A stretch of 63,996 nt of DNA, counting the filler, from Perkinsus olseni (lineage: Eukaryota), in NCBI GenBank assembly GCA_013115125.1. It is 3 parts of 3 records of this genome, joined end to end, with 100 filler letters (N's around TTAATTAATTAA, not from the genome) between each part and the next. Parts side by side here need not be neighbours in the genome. Positions count along the whole stretch, not along the records: positions 1 to 22,320 come from JABANN010000542.1; positions 22,421 to 44,697 come from JABANN010000543.1; 1 more part is not named here. One strand, 5' to 3'. How positions within the stretch are numbered: position 1 is the first letter of the stretch; every line of letters starts with the position of its first letter. Positions 12,159 to 23,557 of this stretch are shown one piece after another. The notes beneath the pieces are model-generated. The model did not search any database. It saw nothing but the letters and a program-made list of their open reading frames with translations, and had not been told where the DNA came from. Both the position numbers and the translations under genes were made by a program.

Positions 12159-12865
12159 AATGAGCTACAAGCTCATTGATAATTGGACAGATCGTCTATA
12201 GCAGATGATACAGATCCCGGAGGCTTAGAGTAGTCAGCCTGCTGGAGACACAGACTATACGTTAGAGTTGACTCAGACAGGGAATATATTCAGTTGTGTT
12301 CGATCGATCAACGGTAGTCTCTCACGGATAGGCCGTCGGACGAACCTCACATATTTGCCTTGATGGATGCATAGCAACCCGATGAGAGTGTCGTGAGATT
12401 GCATTAGTAATGAAGCATTACAGTTCCACAGTGTAACTTCCACTGGAATAATTTCAATATTACGCTGTAGCTTTTGCGTTGCCGGCAACACTACTACTGT
12501 TGAAAGGCTTCCCTTGGGGGTACTACAGATCGAGATTCCCGCTCTTGGCACTCCTTTTAGTAGTAAACCAGCAATCTCTTGCCAACAATTGCTTAGTCAT
12601 TCCCTGGTGGAAAGAACGAGCCGCGCAAGGACCGCTCAAACGGAGATTGGGCCGCCCAATTTGGGCGCCGGGGCTTCCGCGACGCGCGTGCTCGAGGACC
12701 AAGATCGTACATGTTTCCGTTATTTTCGACCCGCCATGGTCAGCGGCTTCAATGCCGCCATGTTTTCAAGCAGTATGTCGGGCAGCTTGCAGCACAAGGC
12801 GAACCTTACTTCTTGGTACATTGGGTTCAGTTGCGACTGGATTGGTTCAGTTTGAGATTCAGAGA

Positions 12866-14314
12866 ATGCATCTTCATTCGCCTCCCGTCCTGAGCATCTT
12901 CTTTTCACCCGCGGTACTCTCGACAAAGCTCAACACAGCAGTTGTGATCATAGAGGATTCTAACGGCAATCAAATCAGTGTTGAAGACGCTTTCCACCAA
13001 CACCGCAACTGCCTTGTAGAGAATCAAGGGAAACTTGATCGATTATCGAAGTGCTTCGAAGAGGGGAGTAGATCGACTGTGATAGAAGATTTGAGCATAA
13101 CCGGTATACAAATAGTCCACGTTGGCAGCGAGGAATGCCCAGCAACCCCCGAAGACGTTTGTGACTTCGTCAAGTCTATCAAGCTTCATTCGAATCACAG
13201 GATAGCCCTATGTGCTGAGGTCTCGCGGCCGAGCTCGCGGCCCCTCAGCCAGCCTCGACGAGGCTCCTCACTCGGCGCAGGAGTAAGTAGAAAGCGGTTG
13301 GACTCGAATAGATCGGAGTACCCGCCGAATGATCCGGTTTTCTTGAAACAGAAAACATTCCTCGATTCGCTGAGAATTCAGGAGGTTTGGAATGAGGTTA
13401 GAGAGTCTGGGCTATCAAGGGAGGACGTCGTGGTGGCCATCATAGACACCGGCGTAGCACCTGACCATCCTGATCTCGAGGGGAAGCTACTGGAAGGATA
13501 TGATGCTTCTGGAGCGCGAGAGAAGTCGCTCGCCGATAATCATGGTCACGGCACGTTGATGGCTGGTATCCTCGCGTCGACCATCAACAACCGAATCGGT
13601 ATCGCTGGCATCGCTGATAAGGTTAAAATCCACCCGATCAGGGTGACAGAAAGCCAGACGGGGTGGGCTCCGGTGTCCCAGATCTCGAGGGCTTGGGAGC
13701 GAGCGCTGCTGTTCAAGGACACCAACATAGTTGTGTTTGCTCACGGTGATGAGTTCACCGAGCTAAACGAATTTGTTTACATGCGTTTGCTGGAGAAATC
13801 AGCGGAACAGGGTGTCTTTGTAGTTACTGCTGCCTCCAACTCTGAGGGAGCGGACGGCTCTGAGGAGACGCCGTTGCCGTGGTCTCTGGCTGATGATATT
13901 CCTGGAGTTGTCTCCGTCGCGGCAACATACGCGACGAATCCTACGCTTCTCCTAGCGAACCACCCGAAGCTTGCCAGTTTTGGAGCGCCTGGCACGGACG
14001 CCTGGTCGCCGAGACCGAAACGTGTGGAGGGCGAATGGCTGTATTGGGACAGATGGGGCTCATCAGTAGCTGCCGCAGCCACTAGCGGTGTGGTGGCGTT
14101 GATGATGAGCTTCAAGAATTTCAAGCCGCTGGAGATCGAGAGAATGTTGCTGAACTCTACCGAGGATAGAGTACGAACGAAATGGGGGCATGAGATGCCT
14201 TATGGTGTTCTTCGACCTGACCTCGCTGTCAAACAGGCGATAGCGGAGACTAGGCAGTCCCAACCCGATGAGTCGAGCACGGCTCGAGGAAAAGAGCGGA
14301 AGGCAAATAGTTAG
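12866..14314 (+). CDS. Subtilisin-like serine protease (family S8), intronless
   Basis: Catalytic motifs VAIIDTG (Asp), HGHGT (His), AASN (oxyanion Asn) and GSSVAAAATSGVVAL (Ser). Probable start at ATG 12866, followed by a hydrophobic leader. Confidence 0.9.
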   Translation: MHLHSPPVLSIFFSPAVLSTKLNTAVVIIEDSNGNQISVEDAFHQHRNCLVENQGKLDRLSKCFEEGSRSTVIEDLSITGIQIVHVGSEECPATPEDVCDFVKSIKLHSNHRIALCAEVSRPSSRPLSQPRRGSSLGAGVSRKRLDSNRSEYPPNDPVFLKQKTFLDSLRIQEVWNEVRESGLSREDVVVAIIDTGVAPDHPDLEGKLLEGYDASGAREKSLADNHGHGTLMAGILASTINNRIGIAGIADKVKIHPIRVTESQTGWAPVSQISRAWERALLFKDTNIVVFAHGDEFTELNEFVYMRLLEKSAEQGVFVVTAASNSEGADGSEETPLPWSLADDIPGVVSVAATYATNPTLLLANHPKLASFGAPGTDAWSPRPKRVEGEWLYWDRWGSSVAAAATSGVVALMMSFKNFKPLEIERMLLNSTEDRVRTKWGHEMPYGVLRPDLAVKQAIAETRQSQPDESSTARGKERKANS

Positions 14315-16391
14315 CCTCAACAGCCTGAGTCTCATGGCCACTTGGATACTACTGCATCGTTCATCGTTTGTTGTGTGGCTTATGCCGATAACAGTTGTGT
14401 TCAGCTACTTGCGTGGAAGGGCCTCTCGCGTTATCTTGTCGAGAACTTCTTGCGTAACGATGAGGATAACACAGCTCGGGATGGTTACCAGAAAAAAAGA
14501 AATGCAGTAGTGCGACTACTGTAGTTGCAGTAGACACCTATTCCTTGATCAATTTTATGGCTTAAGAAGCTCAATAAGGCTTTTTAAGGTATATGAAGTC
14601 AGCATTAAAGAAGGAAAATCTTTTGAAACAGGCTGTGCTTCTCCCGCGCGCCCGGTGACTTGCTCTATCGCCGATTTCGTTGGATATGAGAAGGTTAGCC
14701 GTATGGTTTAAGGGTTGGGCACGTAAGCATCTGTTCGAGGGTTCAATCCTAAGATACCCCACATTTATTCGGTATTGCTGTTGTAACTCGCAGTCTCCTT
14801 GAGTTGTAATAGCTGGTCGATAAGATTGTAACCGACTCAGAGTTATCTTTGTCCTACTTCTCTGAATACCTTTCGCTGTTGAGTTGTTTAGCCACGATTG
14901 GCGAGTCGTCTAAGCGAAGCTGCTGCAGCTTAGCTGCATTTCTGAAATGCCGATTCACCCCTGGGGGTTAATAGGAGTTTCAGGCGCGCGCGAAGCCGCT
15001 TCGCCGGAGCGGTAGAAGAAAATATCAAGGTATGCATGATTCGCAAGAATTCCGCCTTGTACCGAGTTAGAAGTTGGTATGGTGTAGCGAGTGGTATTCA
15101 TCCGGAGTACCGCTCAGGGTGAGTATGCGTAATTAGACCATCCGGTACGAATGGTCCCATTGAGTACCCATCGGATTTATTCCCATTGAGGACCATTAAT
15201 GCCTCAATGGCTTTAAGTAGGTCGAACCTAAACAACGCCAAGGGTAGGCGCGCAGCACAGGTTTCTAAGAAACCGTTTCTCCCTGGTGTTCTCGATGTTA
15301 CCTCGGCGGACTATTTACCCCGCAAGAAATGCGAGGCAGGCTAGGCAACTTCACTCGTACTGGCTTCTGTGATGAAGCGGGTCGAGAGGTATGACGGAGA
15401 TTTTGCCTTCTGACGACGCGCATAGCGGATACTCGCAAGAGAGCTGGCCCCATCCCTAGAGAGGAAGCTGCGATGCCGAACGCGTTTTTCGGCGCGCGGA
15501 GCGCGCTAAAAAATACAAGATATGCAGGAGTGACTGAACGGCTTTTCCCGAAGCATCATTCATCTCGTAGACCCCCAATATAAACCCCCCCCAAAAAAAT
15601 CACAGAATAACTCCCCGGGCCCCGAGGGGAGTTATAGAACAACCCCCCAAAACCGATCACCCTAAGTCATAGCCGCAGGAATCACGGTGGTTGGTCTGCG
15701 CCTCGCCATAGAGGACATCGTGACTAGCCCCGACTCCCCTCTCGTTGCACTCTCTTTGGTCTTCTTCTCTCTTCGTGACAGCTCACTACGCGAAGCTTAG
15801 TGTAACACGTATTCTACGTGCAAGAGTATACGTGCATTATACATTAGTATATGTAACGCATACTCATGCACCCGAGTACGAGGCGCATAATAAGGTCAGA
15901 TGGTTGTCTGAGACTAATGGTACGCAGTAGCAGAAGGTTATTGGCAATAACTTATTGCAGCGATGATAGTCTAACAGCTGAATAATACTGAACCAGGCTG
16001 TAGCTGTTACATAAGTTATGTAACATAACGTACACTATAGCTGTCACCATGGTGTCGACTCAGTGCACTCGCTGGCGGAGACAGGCTCTCACACTAGCGC
16101 TAGCTGATGTCCCACCGATGCACCTGTGTGTCGAATGTCTCCAAGCGGCCGGCTTCACTGACGGTATGTGACTCGGCCCGGTCGCGGCCTTCCACCGGCC
16201 GCCGATGCTTGCAATGACTGTTACAGTCATTGCAATCTTACAGTAAGCGTACACAGCATTGTGAATTGGGCGTGGCAAGAGCTTTGAACCGCGGGGTTCG
16301 AACTGTGACGCTATGAAGCGCCAATGGCTGTGACGCTATGGCATGGCGTCACTATGGCGCTATGGCACCGACGTACTATCGACCTTCGTAG

Positions 16392-16434
16392 TACTCAATA
16401 CGTCCGTACGAAGTTCGTACGGACGTATTGAGTA
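16392..16434. repeat. Perfect palindrome, 21-bp arms, single G spacer
   Basis: TACTCAATACGTCCGTACGAA-G-TTCGTACGGACGTATTGAGTA. Confidence 0.95.
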
Positions 16435-18341
16435 TGACAGGTTAGGTTTCCCGAGAATGAAACCTTGGATTCGTCTCAGCCGATGCGACCCTACACCAAA
16501 GTGTTACAACTGCTGCCACTCACAGCTGGGACTTCCGATCATCTAACAGTTGCCAACCAGGAAATGCGAGACAACGGCTGGTGAAGAACGCGGCGATCCG
16601 GCTAGCTCAAGAAAAGTCGCCCGCGCTCGAGCCATAAATGTAATGGATCATCCCGGATGATTCATCCGCATCATCCATTGAATGGATTCCATTCATTGCT
16701 CGTCACCGTTTCTACCTGCGCCCCTCAGTGTCCTGAGGACACTATCCTCTCGGGTACCTTAGATCAGCTCCTACCAAGGGTGAAACAGGTCTGCCCAAAC
16801 AAAGAGTTGGAGTTTATCGACCTCACGAACATCATCGCTGTCTCCGATCAAAAGATATATGTACCACTCAAAGGAAACCGTATTGCTCTAACCAGATCTC
16901 AATGTTGAAGAGTGGATCATCTTATGTAGACCATGCAGTATGAACCACTCTTATCGCTTCTCAGAAGAGGCTTCTGTTCTAGCTATGGCTCTTCTACTTA
17001 TTATATTTTGCTACATGAAGCACCTCACTCGCACTCACCGGCAGCCGATGATCGGCTCCTGCTCGTTTTCGTGCGTCAGTGAGAACCTTCGCATTCTTAG
17101 GTAGTCCTATTACGCAGTCTCTTTGTGATACTGTACGATGCTCATTATCTTCGGGGGGCTTTATGCCCAGCTGAGTGCTGAGAGGGTTCACCTATTGTCA
17201 TTTCGTTTTCATATCGGTCATTTCTGATTCTCCCTTCTCATTGTCAAGTAGTATTGCTTCAGGTTGAAACTCACAGCAGATACTTGTGACTCTTCGCAGA
17301 GGTGGTCAGTTTTTGGTCGTATTTCGTCGCTACGGCGTCGGCCTTCGCCAAGTCCATCATGACTCATCATCATGATGAATCCCACCCGAAGATGCGAGCT
17401 TAGTGTTGGGTTGTTAGAGTGACAATTACCACTCATCAGTGGTGAGTCACCACTGCGAACGGCCGAACATACAGACTAAGATCAAGATTGTTCAGTAGAT
17501 TTCGATTTGCCACGGCCGGGTGGCGGTCAGTGGCAGCCACAGTATACCTCAAGAGTATACCAGTACAGTATACCTATACCACGGGATCCTGTAGCAGGAA
17601 AGGACCGTTACTTACGATCCCTTAGGTCCCCAATGAGAAAGCCTTCCACATGGGCAGATTAGGAGCGTTAGTTTGTTTAAGAAAACCCAAATTGCTTCCT
17701 AGTAAGCCCTAGGCGAGGAACTCCGATGATAGCTACGCCGCGATTACCGGGTAGATACACGGTATATCCTAATTGGTATATCATATACCAATTCTGACAT
17801 CTGAATGAAGTCTCGGCGCACACTTCTCCATGGTGCTGTACTGAACTTCCCCAGCACGGGTCAAGGCAAGACATAGGCCAATTGTGATGATCCAAGGACT
17901 GACGGCGATTCACTGGCCATACCGACACTCATGCGTCCGACATCAGACTCATAGTGACCAAGGAAGGGTGAGGGTTAGTCCTGAGAATTGCAGCCTGCTC
18001 CGCGTTACTATATTTCGCCGAAGCCAGTCGTAACTGCTACGACGTAGCAGCTGCACGAAGGAGAAGGGAATGATAGTATGTAGTAGATGCAGTAGTCGAG
18101 CCCAAGTAACCTTTGAAGGCTATTCACCACAGTTGGCTGTCACCTTGCCTGTGTCATGGTCGCCTTCGACAAGTTGTTTATCCCCCAGTGGGGACTTCCC
18201 CCGCATAGAGGGGTTTTTATACTCCTTCACACTACGTCGTAGCTGCAATAGAATTGAATTGCGAATTGCTTTTGCCGGTGAGTTTGAAATATATGCTCAA
18301 CTCCCAACTCAGCGCAACATCATAGATGCAGACGAACGACA

Positions 18342-19541
18342 CTACTGATCCATCGTCATGTTAACATAGTCACGATAATTGAAGCGACCATCTGTATGGT
18401 CCAGATGTGAACACAGCTCCCGAGCCTCCTCTTCGCTCAGTCTGTCTTCACCGTGGCTCTGGTGAGGCGAATCTCGTTCGTGTAGGTACCTCGGAAGAGC
18501 TCACCATCAGAGCATGCTGCAAGTCCTTTAGTGTGATAGTTCCATCAGGGCCGTCTGGCCCCGCGAACAGCTTGAACGCTGCTTTAACTTCCTCTGGCGA
18601 GTGATCGCCGCTGGTCTTCCGACACATGACCTGCAACTCTGACGTCCCAGCTGAGTGATTCGCGCAGTTCTCACCTGTACAAACTCGTCGAAGTCGATCT
18701 CACCATTCCCATTCTCATCAACGTCGGCTACCATCGCCTCGAGCTCATCGGGTGTCACTTTAACGCCGAGAGTCTCCATCAGAGTTCCGAGCTCCTGAAG
18801 AAAAGCAGATTACATTGCGGTGAAGATGGCACGAAGAAGATCCTGATGCCGGTGGCGCACAGCTAACTTCAACAGGAGTGCCCCTTTCCGGCTGTTTAAT
18901 TCGCGAGTTGAATGTTGTGCGAGTGCGCGGAGGGAAGGCCGGGATTTCCTTGAACACAATTCATTCGACCAATGGCTGCACCTCCTGCGCTCTCACATTC
19001 ATTGTGTGTTTTTCCATTTTTGCCGTGTTTTTTCCACGAGCAAAGCGAGATGTGATGATGCTCATCTATTGAGGTCACTGGTAACAACCCTCGCCGGTAA
19101 TATCACTAATATCTTCTACGTTCACCTTCACTGACCAGCTCTCATTCTGTTCTACCCCGTACACCATGAGCCAATCCGATCAATGATCGGCGACCATTAC
19201 TCTTTCTATCGTTACGTCAGCGACAGCACTCGCAGACTCAATACTGCTCAGTACTTCAGTCTACTTACTTCAGTGCTGATACTTCCGCCTCTGTCGATGT
19301 CGACTAGGCTGAAAACCTGCAAATCGACCCCTTCTGTTGTGGCGAGCAGAGTTATTCTCTGTGCGAGGATCAACCTCACCTCCCTGAACTCCTCCAAATC
19401 CTGCACTGGCAGGTTCATTCTCTCGGCGAGCTCGATCAGCTCGGGGTCCGCGTTATACTCGGGAGTATCTTTCCTGTCAGAATCAGCTGACAGAATTGAG
19501 TCTCTTCTGTTGTCGTTCGACGATTCGGAACGGCAGCTCAT
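18342..19541 (-). CDS. Calmodulin-like EF-hand protein (5 exons)
   Basis: Spliced reading EEFRE/VFSLVDIDRGGSISTE/ELGTLMETLG..MVADVDENGNGEIDFDEFVQ/VMCRK..EEVKAAFKLF..DGTITLKDLQHALM/SHGEDRLSEEEARELCSHLDHTDGRFNYRDYVNMTMDQ*. EF1 and EF2 are canonical; EF3 and EF4 are degenerate. Confidence 0.85.
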
Positions 19542-19702
19542 TGCTATGTGAGGAAGTCGCTAGAAATTGGAGGCAGCAGTATATTAAGCATCAATGTGGG
19601 CCTTGAAACCAATATTCACCTTAGTCGTGAGGGTGATCTCGTAATACTAGCAATTACGATTTGTTTAACGTGTTTTGTAACATTCATCCCTCGGTTCTGC
19701 CA

Positions 19703-19776
19703 AAGTCGCTGGCCATAGGACGCAGCCCGAAACACGAGTGTGTATAGCGGCGGCATAGAAACCACCAACACGGTGG
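19703..19776. repeat. 74-bp dispersed repeat, copy 2
   Basis: Matches 7692-7765 with 3 mismatches. Confidence 0.9.
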
Positions 19777-22320
19777 CCACATCAACGTCCCTGGTCCTCC
19801 TGGTCTCAATCGGGCCTTCAAACCACTGTGAGTGTACGCACATCAATGCTAAGGTATGCAAGTGAGCGCAAGATAGCAAGATATAGTTGTGACCAGTCCG
19901 TTGGTTTGCACTCGAGCTAAGTTGCTCACCGCCAGCGATTCAGGTCGAACTCGAGCAGGCAGCTGTCGGGCAATGACCACCGTGTTTGAAATGAGCACTC
20001 AATCTATGCTTGACTGCGAGTCATCGAGGTTATCAGCAGCGCCGAAGACAGAACCGTCCGTTATAGAGCAGGCCAGACTCTCCGTCAAGCTCTTGTCGAA
20101 TTCTTCCTTGAAATGAGCGACTGACAGGTATCAGCTCGGCTCCTCAGGTTGCAGGCAAGGCCTCCAACTCTGGGGCTCCAAGAAACGATGGATACTTCAG
20201 TGCGTTCGAAGTCTTCAAGCCGTGAGCTTCGACGGTGATTCCGGGAGTGACAAGAGCGGAGATGGATCGGGAACCGGCAGTTGCCGAACACCCACTCAAG
20301 TCTCGCTCGGCTTCCCTCATCAACACTTTCTCGTCGGCGATTGGATTGAGATCACGATAGGCTTCAAGATGCCGCAGTCTGAGCCACGAACAGCTATTGT
20401 GTGCAGCTAGCTGATGAGAGCTCAAAAGTGTCCCTCGCTTCACCAAACATATATTTAGGAGCGTACAATAGTGAGACTACTCACAATGCCCCTCTCCCCA
20501 GAGGTGAACGAAGGAAGTCCCGAGCTGCTTTTCTTGAGAAATCAGCGGTGTTCGTCGGCGGTTGTTCCTGACAACCGGATTCTAACAGTCTGGTGCTTCC
20601 CAGCTTGTCAACGCGCGCGCCGAACAGTGCCGCTGAGTCAGCGGCGCTGACTCGATAAGATTCAATGAAATTACTGTTGAGCTATACAGCTAGCTCGAAT
20701 GATGCCGCAGCTGCTGCGGCACAGCGAGCAGATGAAACGGACCAGACCATCTTATTCCTCGTATCAATGTTGAACGGATTTCTGTCGTCCGAGGCGTCTC
20801 TACACACCGAGGTCGACTATTCAAACGAAACGTTACAGAGGTTGTCACCTCATCTCCCTCGTGAGCAACGGGTGATGGGGATTCTGATGGACAGATTTCT
20901 GAAACGAGACATGGGAGATAACTACGACCGATGAAGGCTTCACCTTCAGTCTCAGTCCCGCACTCTGTCGGGACACTCGAGTCACCTCTGCAGCTAGTTT
21001 GGTCCACGCTCTGACTATGACCCTGAGAACGATTGCGCTAGCCATAATCAGTACAGAATTTTTCGATAGGGAAAAATTCGAGATATCTGAGCAGATTCAC
21101 TTCCGCTGGTAGCCTGATCGTCGCGATTCTCGCGATGGGAATGCGGTAATGCCATTACCGTAATGGAGAAGAACGCCGGACCTACCCTTGGAGCTTTCCG
21201 GAAGTCTGTTGACTTCATTGGCCGGAACGAACACTGCGCTAACTGAGACAGAAACAACGATGAACAGAGTCGAGCAACCCAACCCAATCGCGTGGACTAG
21301 TAGCGGACCTCCTCAACTTCTCTGTTCCTGGCAGCACGGCGCTTCTCTTCTTCACGACGCCGTCGTCTCCGCTCTCTCGAGCGCAACTGTTCATCCAGCT
21401 CCGCTCGAAATCGCGAGAGGTCGAGCGTCCTGCTTCGGAAGACAACAAGATGCCGACAGTAGCGATGACAGTATTGTCCCTTTTCATTAGCGAAATTGAG
21501 CGGGGCAAGGATCCATCGGCGACGGCGATGCGGCGCTCTCAAACTATTACTAATAGCTATTGACTAGTAACATAACTGTTTCTTGGCTCTTACTTGGACG
21601 GGTCGGCTGTAGTTCTCCGCATCTGAGCTAGCTCCGCGTCTTCACAAGCTTGCTTGGCTCGAACGAGTGCACTGCTATATATAATAATACCACAACTTCA
21701 GCAAATCAGGTCACATCAATCGCTCTTGTCTATTTCTGTGATCATCGTAAAGCTTCTCGAATCGTTCACTGATTTTGGTCGGTTGCCTGCGGCTTCTCGA
21801 AGTATCGACGATGCTTGAACTTAGGGATACAGACGACGCAAGCGGCGAGGGAGGGTCATCCGTCCAACTGAGATCGTGCTTAGAGTTTCGGCGATTGGGG
21901 AATCAAATTGACGATACTCTCGTATACTGATAAATGAAAATATATGTCAGTGAATATTCATGAATGAAAATTATCGAGCGATGCACCATTTACGGCGTCA
22001 ATCGAGCTGAAGTTGCCGGACTCAGAAAGAAGCACCTGGCCCGATGGTTCTCATCGGCACGGAACTCGAGAGGGAACCCGGAAGCCCGATTCCGGGTTGA
22101 TCGCAGCACCCGTACCGTAGCTGATCACGAACAGTGCATTCGGTTTTGATATGCAAGTTGACTAAAATGCTGTAACTCGGGTATGAATGAACAACTCAGA
22201 ACGAGGAACTATACCATTCAGAAATCTATTTGGCGGATAAGGCCGTTGCCTATTTGGGGGTCGAGGATTTCACGTTAGCGTTTGGAGAAAGCAAATTGGC
22301 GGTAGGGTCGAGATGGGGGG

Positions 22321-22420
22321 NNNNNNNNNNNNNNNNNNNNNNNNNNNNNNNNNNNNNNNNNNNNTTAATTAATTAANNNNNNNNNNNNNNNNNNNNNNNN
22401 NNNNNNNNNNNNNNNNNNNN
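22321..22420. other. Scaffold gap with artificial linker
   Basis: N run, TTAATTAATTAA (stops in all six frames), N run; 100 nt in total. Confidence 0.95.
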
Positions 22421-23557
22421 TTGGCAGAACCTGCGTTCATCACGAAAACGCCAAAATGTCCAAATCTGCCGACCCCAACTCTAACGGCGAAACCCGGCGG
22501 GGACATTGATTTCAAACAACGATTTCACTTCGCCAACAAAGTCAGGAATCCGCGGAAATATTTTGTCATGTCTGTTCCCATTCAGAGGGCGCCAAGTTGG
22601 CCTTCTCCGGTCTCTACCACCGTATTCCGCCTAAAAATTATACTTGTGCCCCTGGAAATCCGGTTGGCAACGATTTGGTGGAATTTGACTTGGCGAAACC
22701 TGTTACACCCCGTGATGGCCGAATTGAGTTAGCGCTCGCCATTGTGAGCGATTGCCTCCCTTAATGAAAAAATACCAACTTCGGTTCGGTCTTGGTAATC
22801 CGCAGACCTAATGGCCGATGGGGGCATGAGACAGCCAATGCAGTGGTGAACCTGCTCCCCACTCCTCCTCCCGCCCGACTGTTTCCGCTCGAGGCTGTAT
22901 TGCTACGTTGGACGGCGAATCGCCGACAGCAGAATCATGCGCGTTTTTTCATCAATCTGCCCAGTGTTCACGTAAAATGCGCAATGGTACCCTTCGCAGC
23001 TCTACTGCGGCAGGTGGTAGTTGGATTGAAGAGTTCTAAGTCTGAGACGCGAGAAGTGGGATGTCGCTGGCGTGAACCAACTCACCTGCTTCGTTTCGTA
23101 ACGCCACTCGCTTGTCGATGACCTTGCATACCACATCTCCGCGACCTCTACGTGGATCTTGCCAGAGCGAGCGGTGCCAGTGTAGCAGGCTCCCGCCCAT
23201 CGCATGCTCCTTGAGGATCGCTACGCCTATGAACCGCTAAAAACCGGTCTCGCCTATCTCGGCGTCGGAATAGGATCCCACGAACCCTTCGGTTGCCTGA
23301 AGCTTGCTCGTTAATGAGGATACCCCCTAGGGCATATCGGGGGCATCGTTCGGGCTGTCGGACTTTCTCCAGCTCGGGCTGCTCTTCGGGTAACACTGTA
23401 GTGGAATCATTACGCGTGTTAGTTCATGCTCCAGGTCTTTATAGTCCTTTCCTGCTTGGTTGATTTCTCATTGATGCGCACAGTAAAGGGTGGTTGAGGG
23501 TTCCGACTGTATCACGGCGTTGCTTCTTGCTAAGTTTCTCCTGTTTCTCTCCTTTTC

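Noticed and set aside
12479-12865. N-terminal extension of the subtilisin ORF
   Set aside because: It starts at a non-ATG codon and has no family-like features; ATG 12866 gives a better leader.
19052-19134. C/D-box snoRNA (GTGATGA...CTGA)
   Set aside because: Antisense to the host intron, no terminal stem, and no rRNA guide I could recognise.
19775-19788. GGCCACATCAACGT resembling the ingi/L1Tc 5' ribozyme signature
   Set aside because: The pairing partners needed for the HDV-like fold are absent, so a chance match is likely.
19889-21540. Intact gene or transposase
   Set aside because: Short frames broken by stops with no recognisable motif; at most a decayed remnant.
22321-22420. TTAATTAATTAA within N runs as a biological motif (also 44698-44797)
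   Set aside because: Identical 100-nt layout at both gaps indicates an assembly linker.
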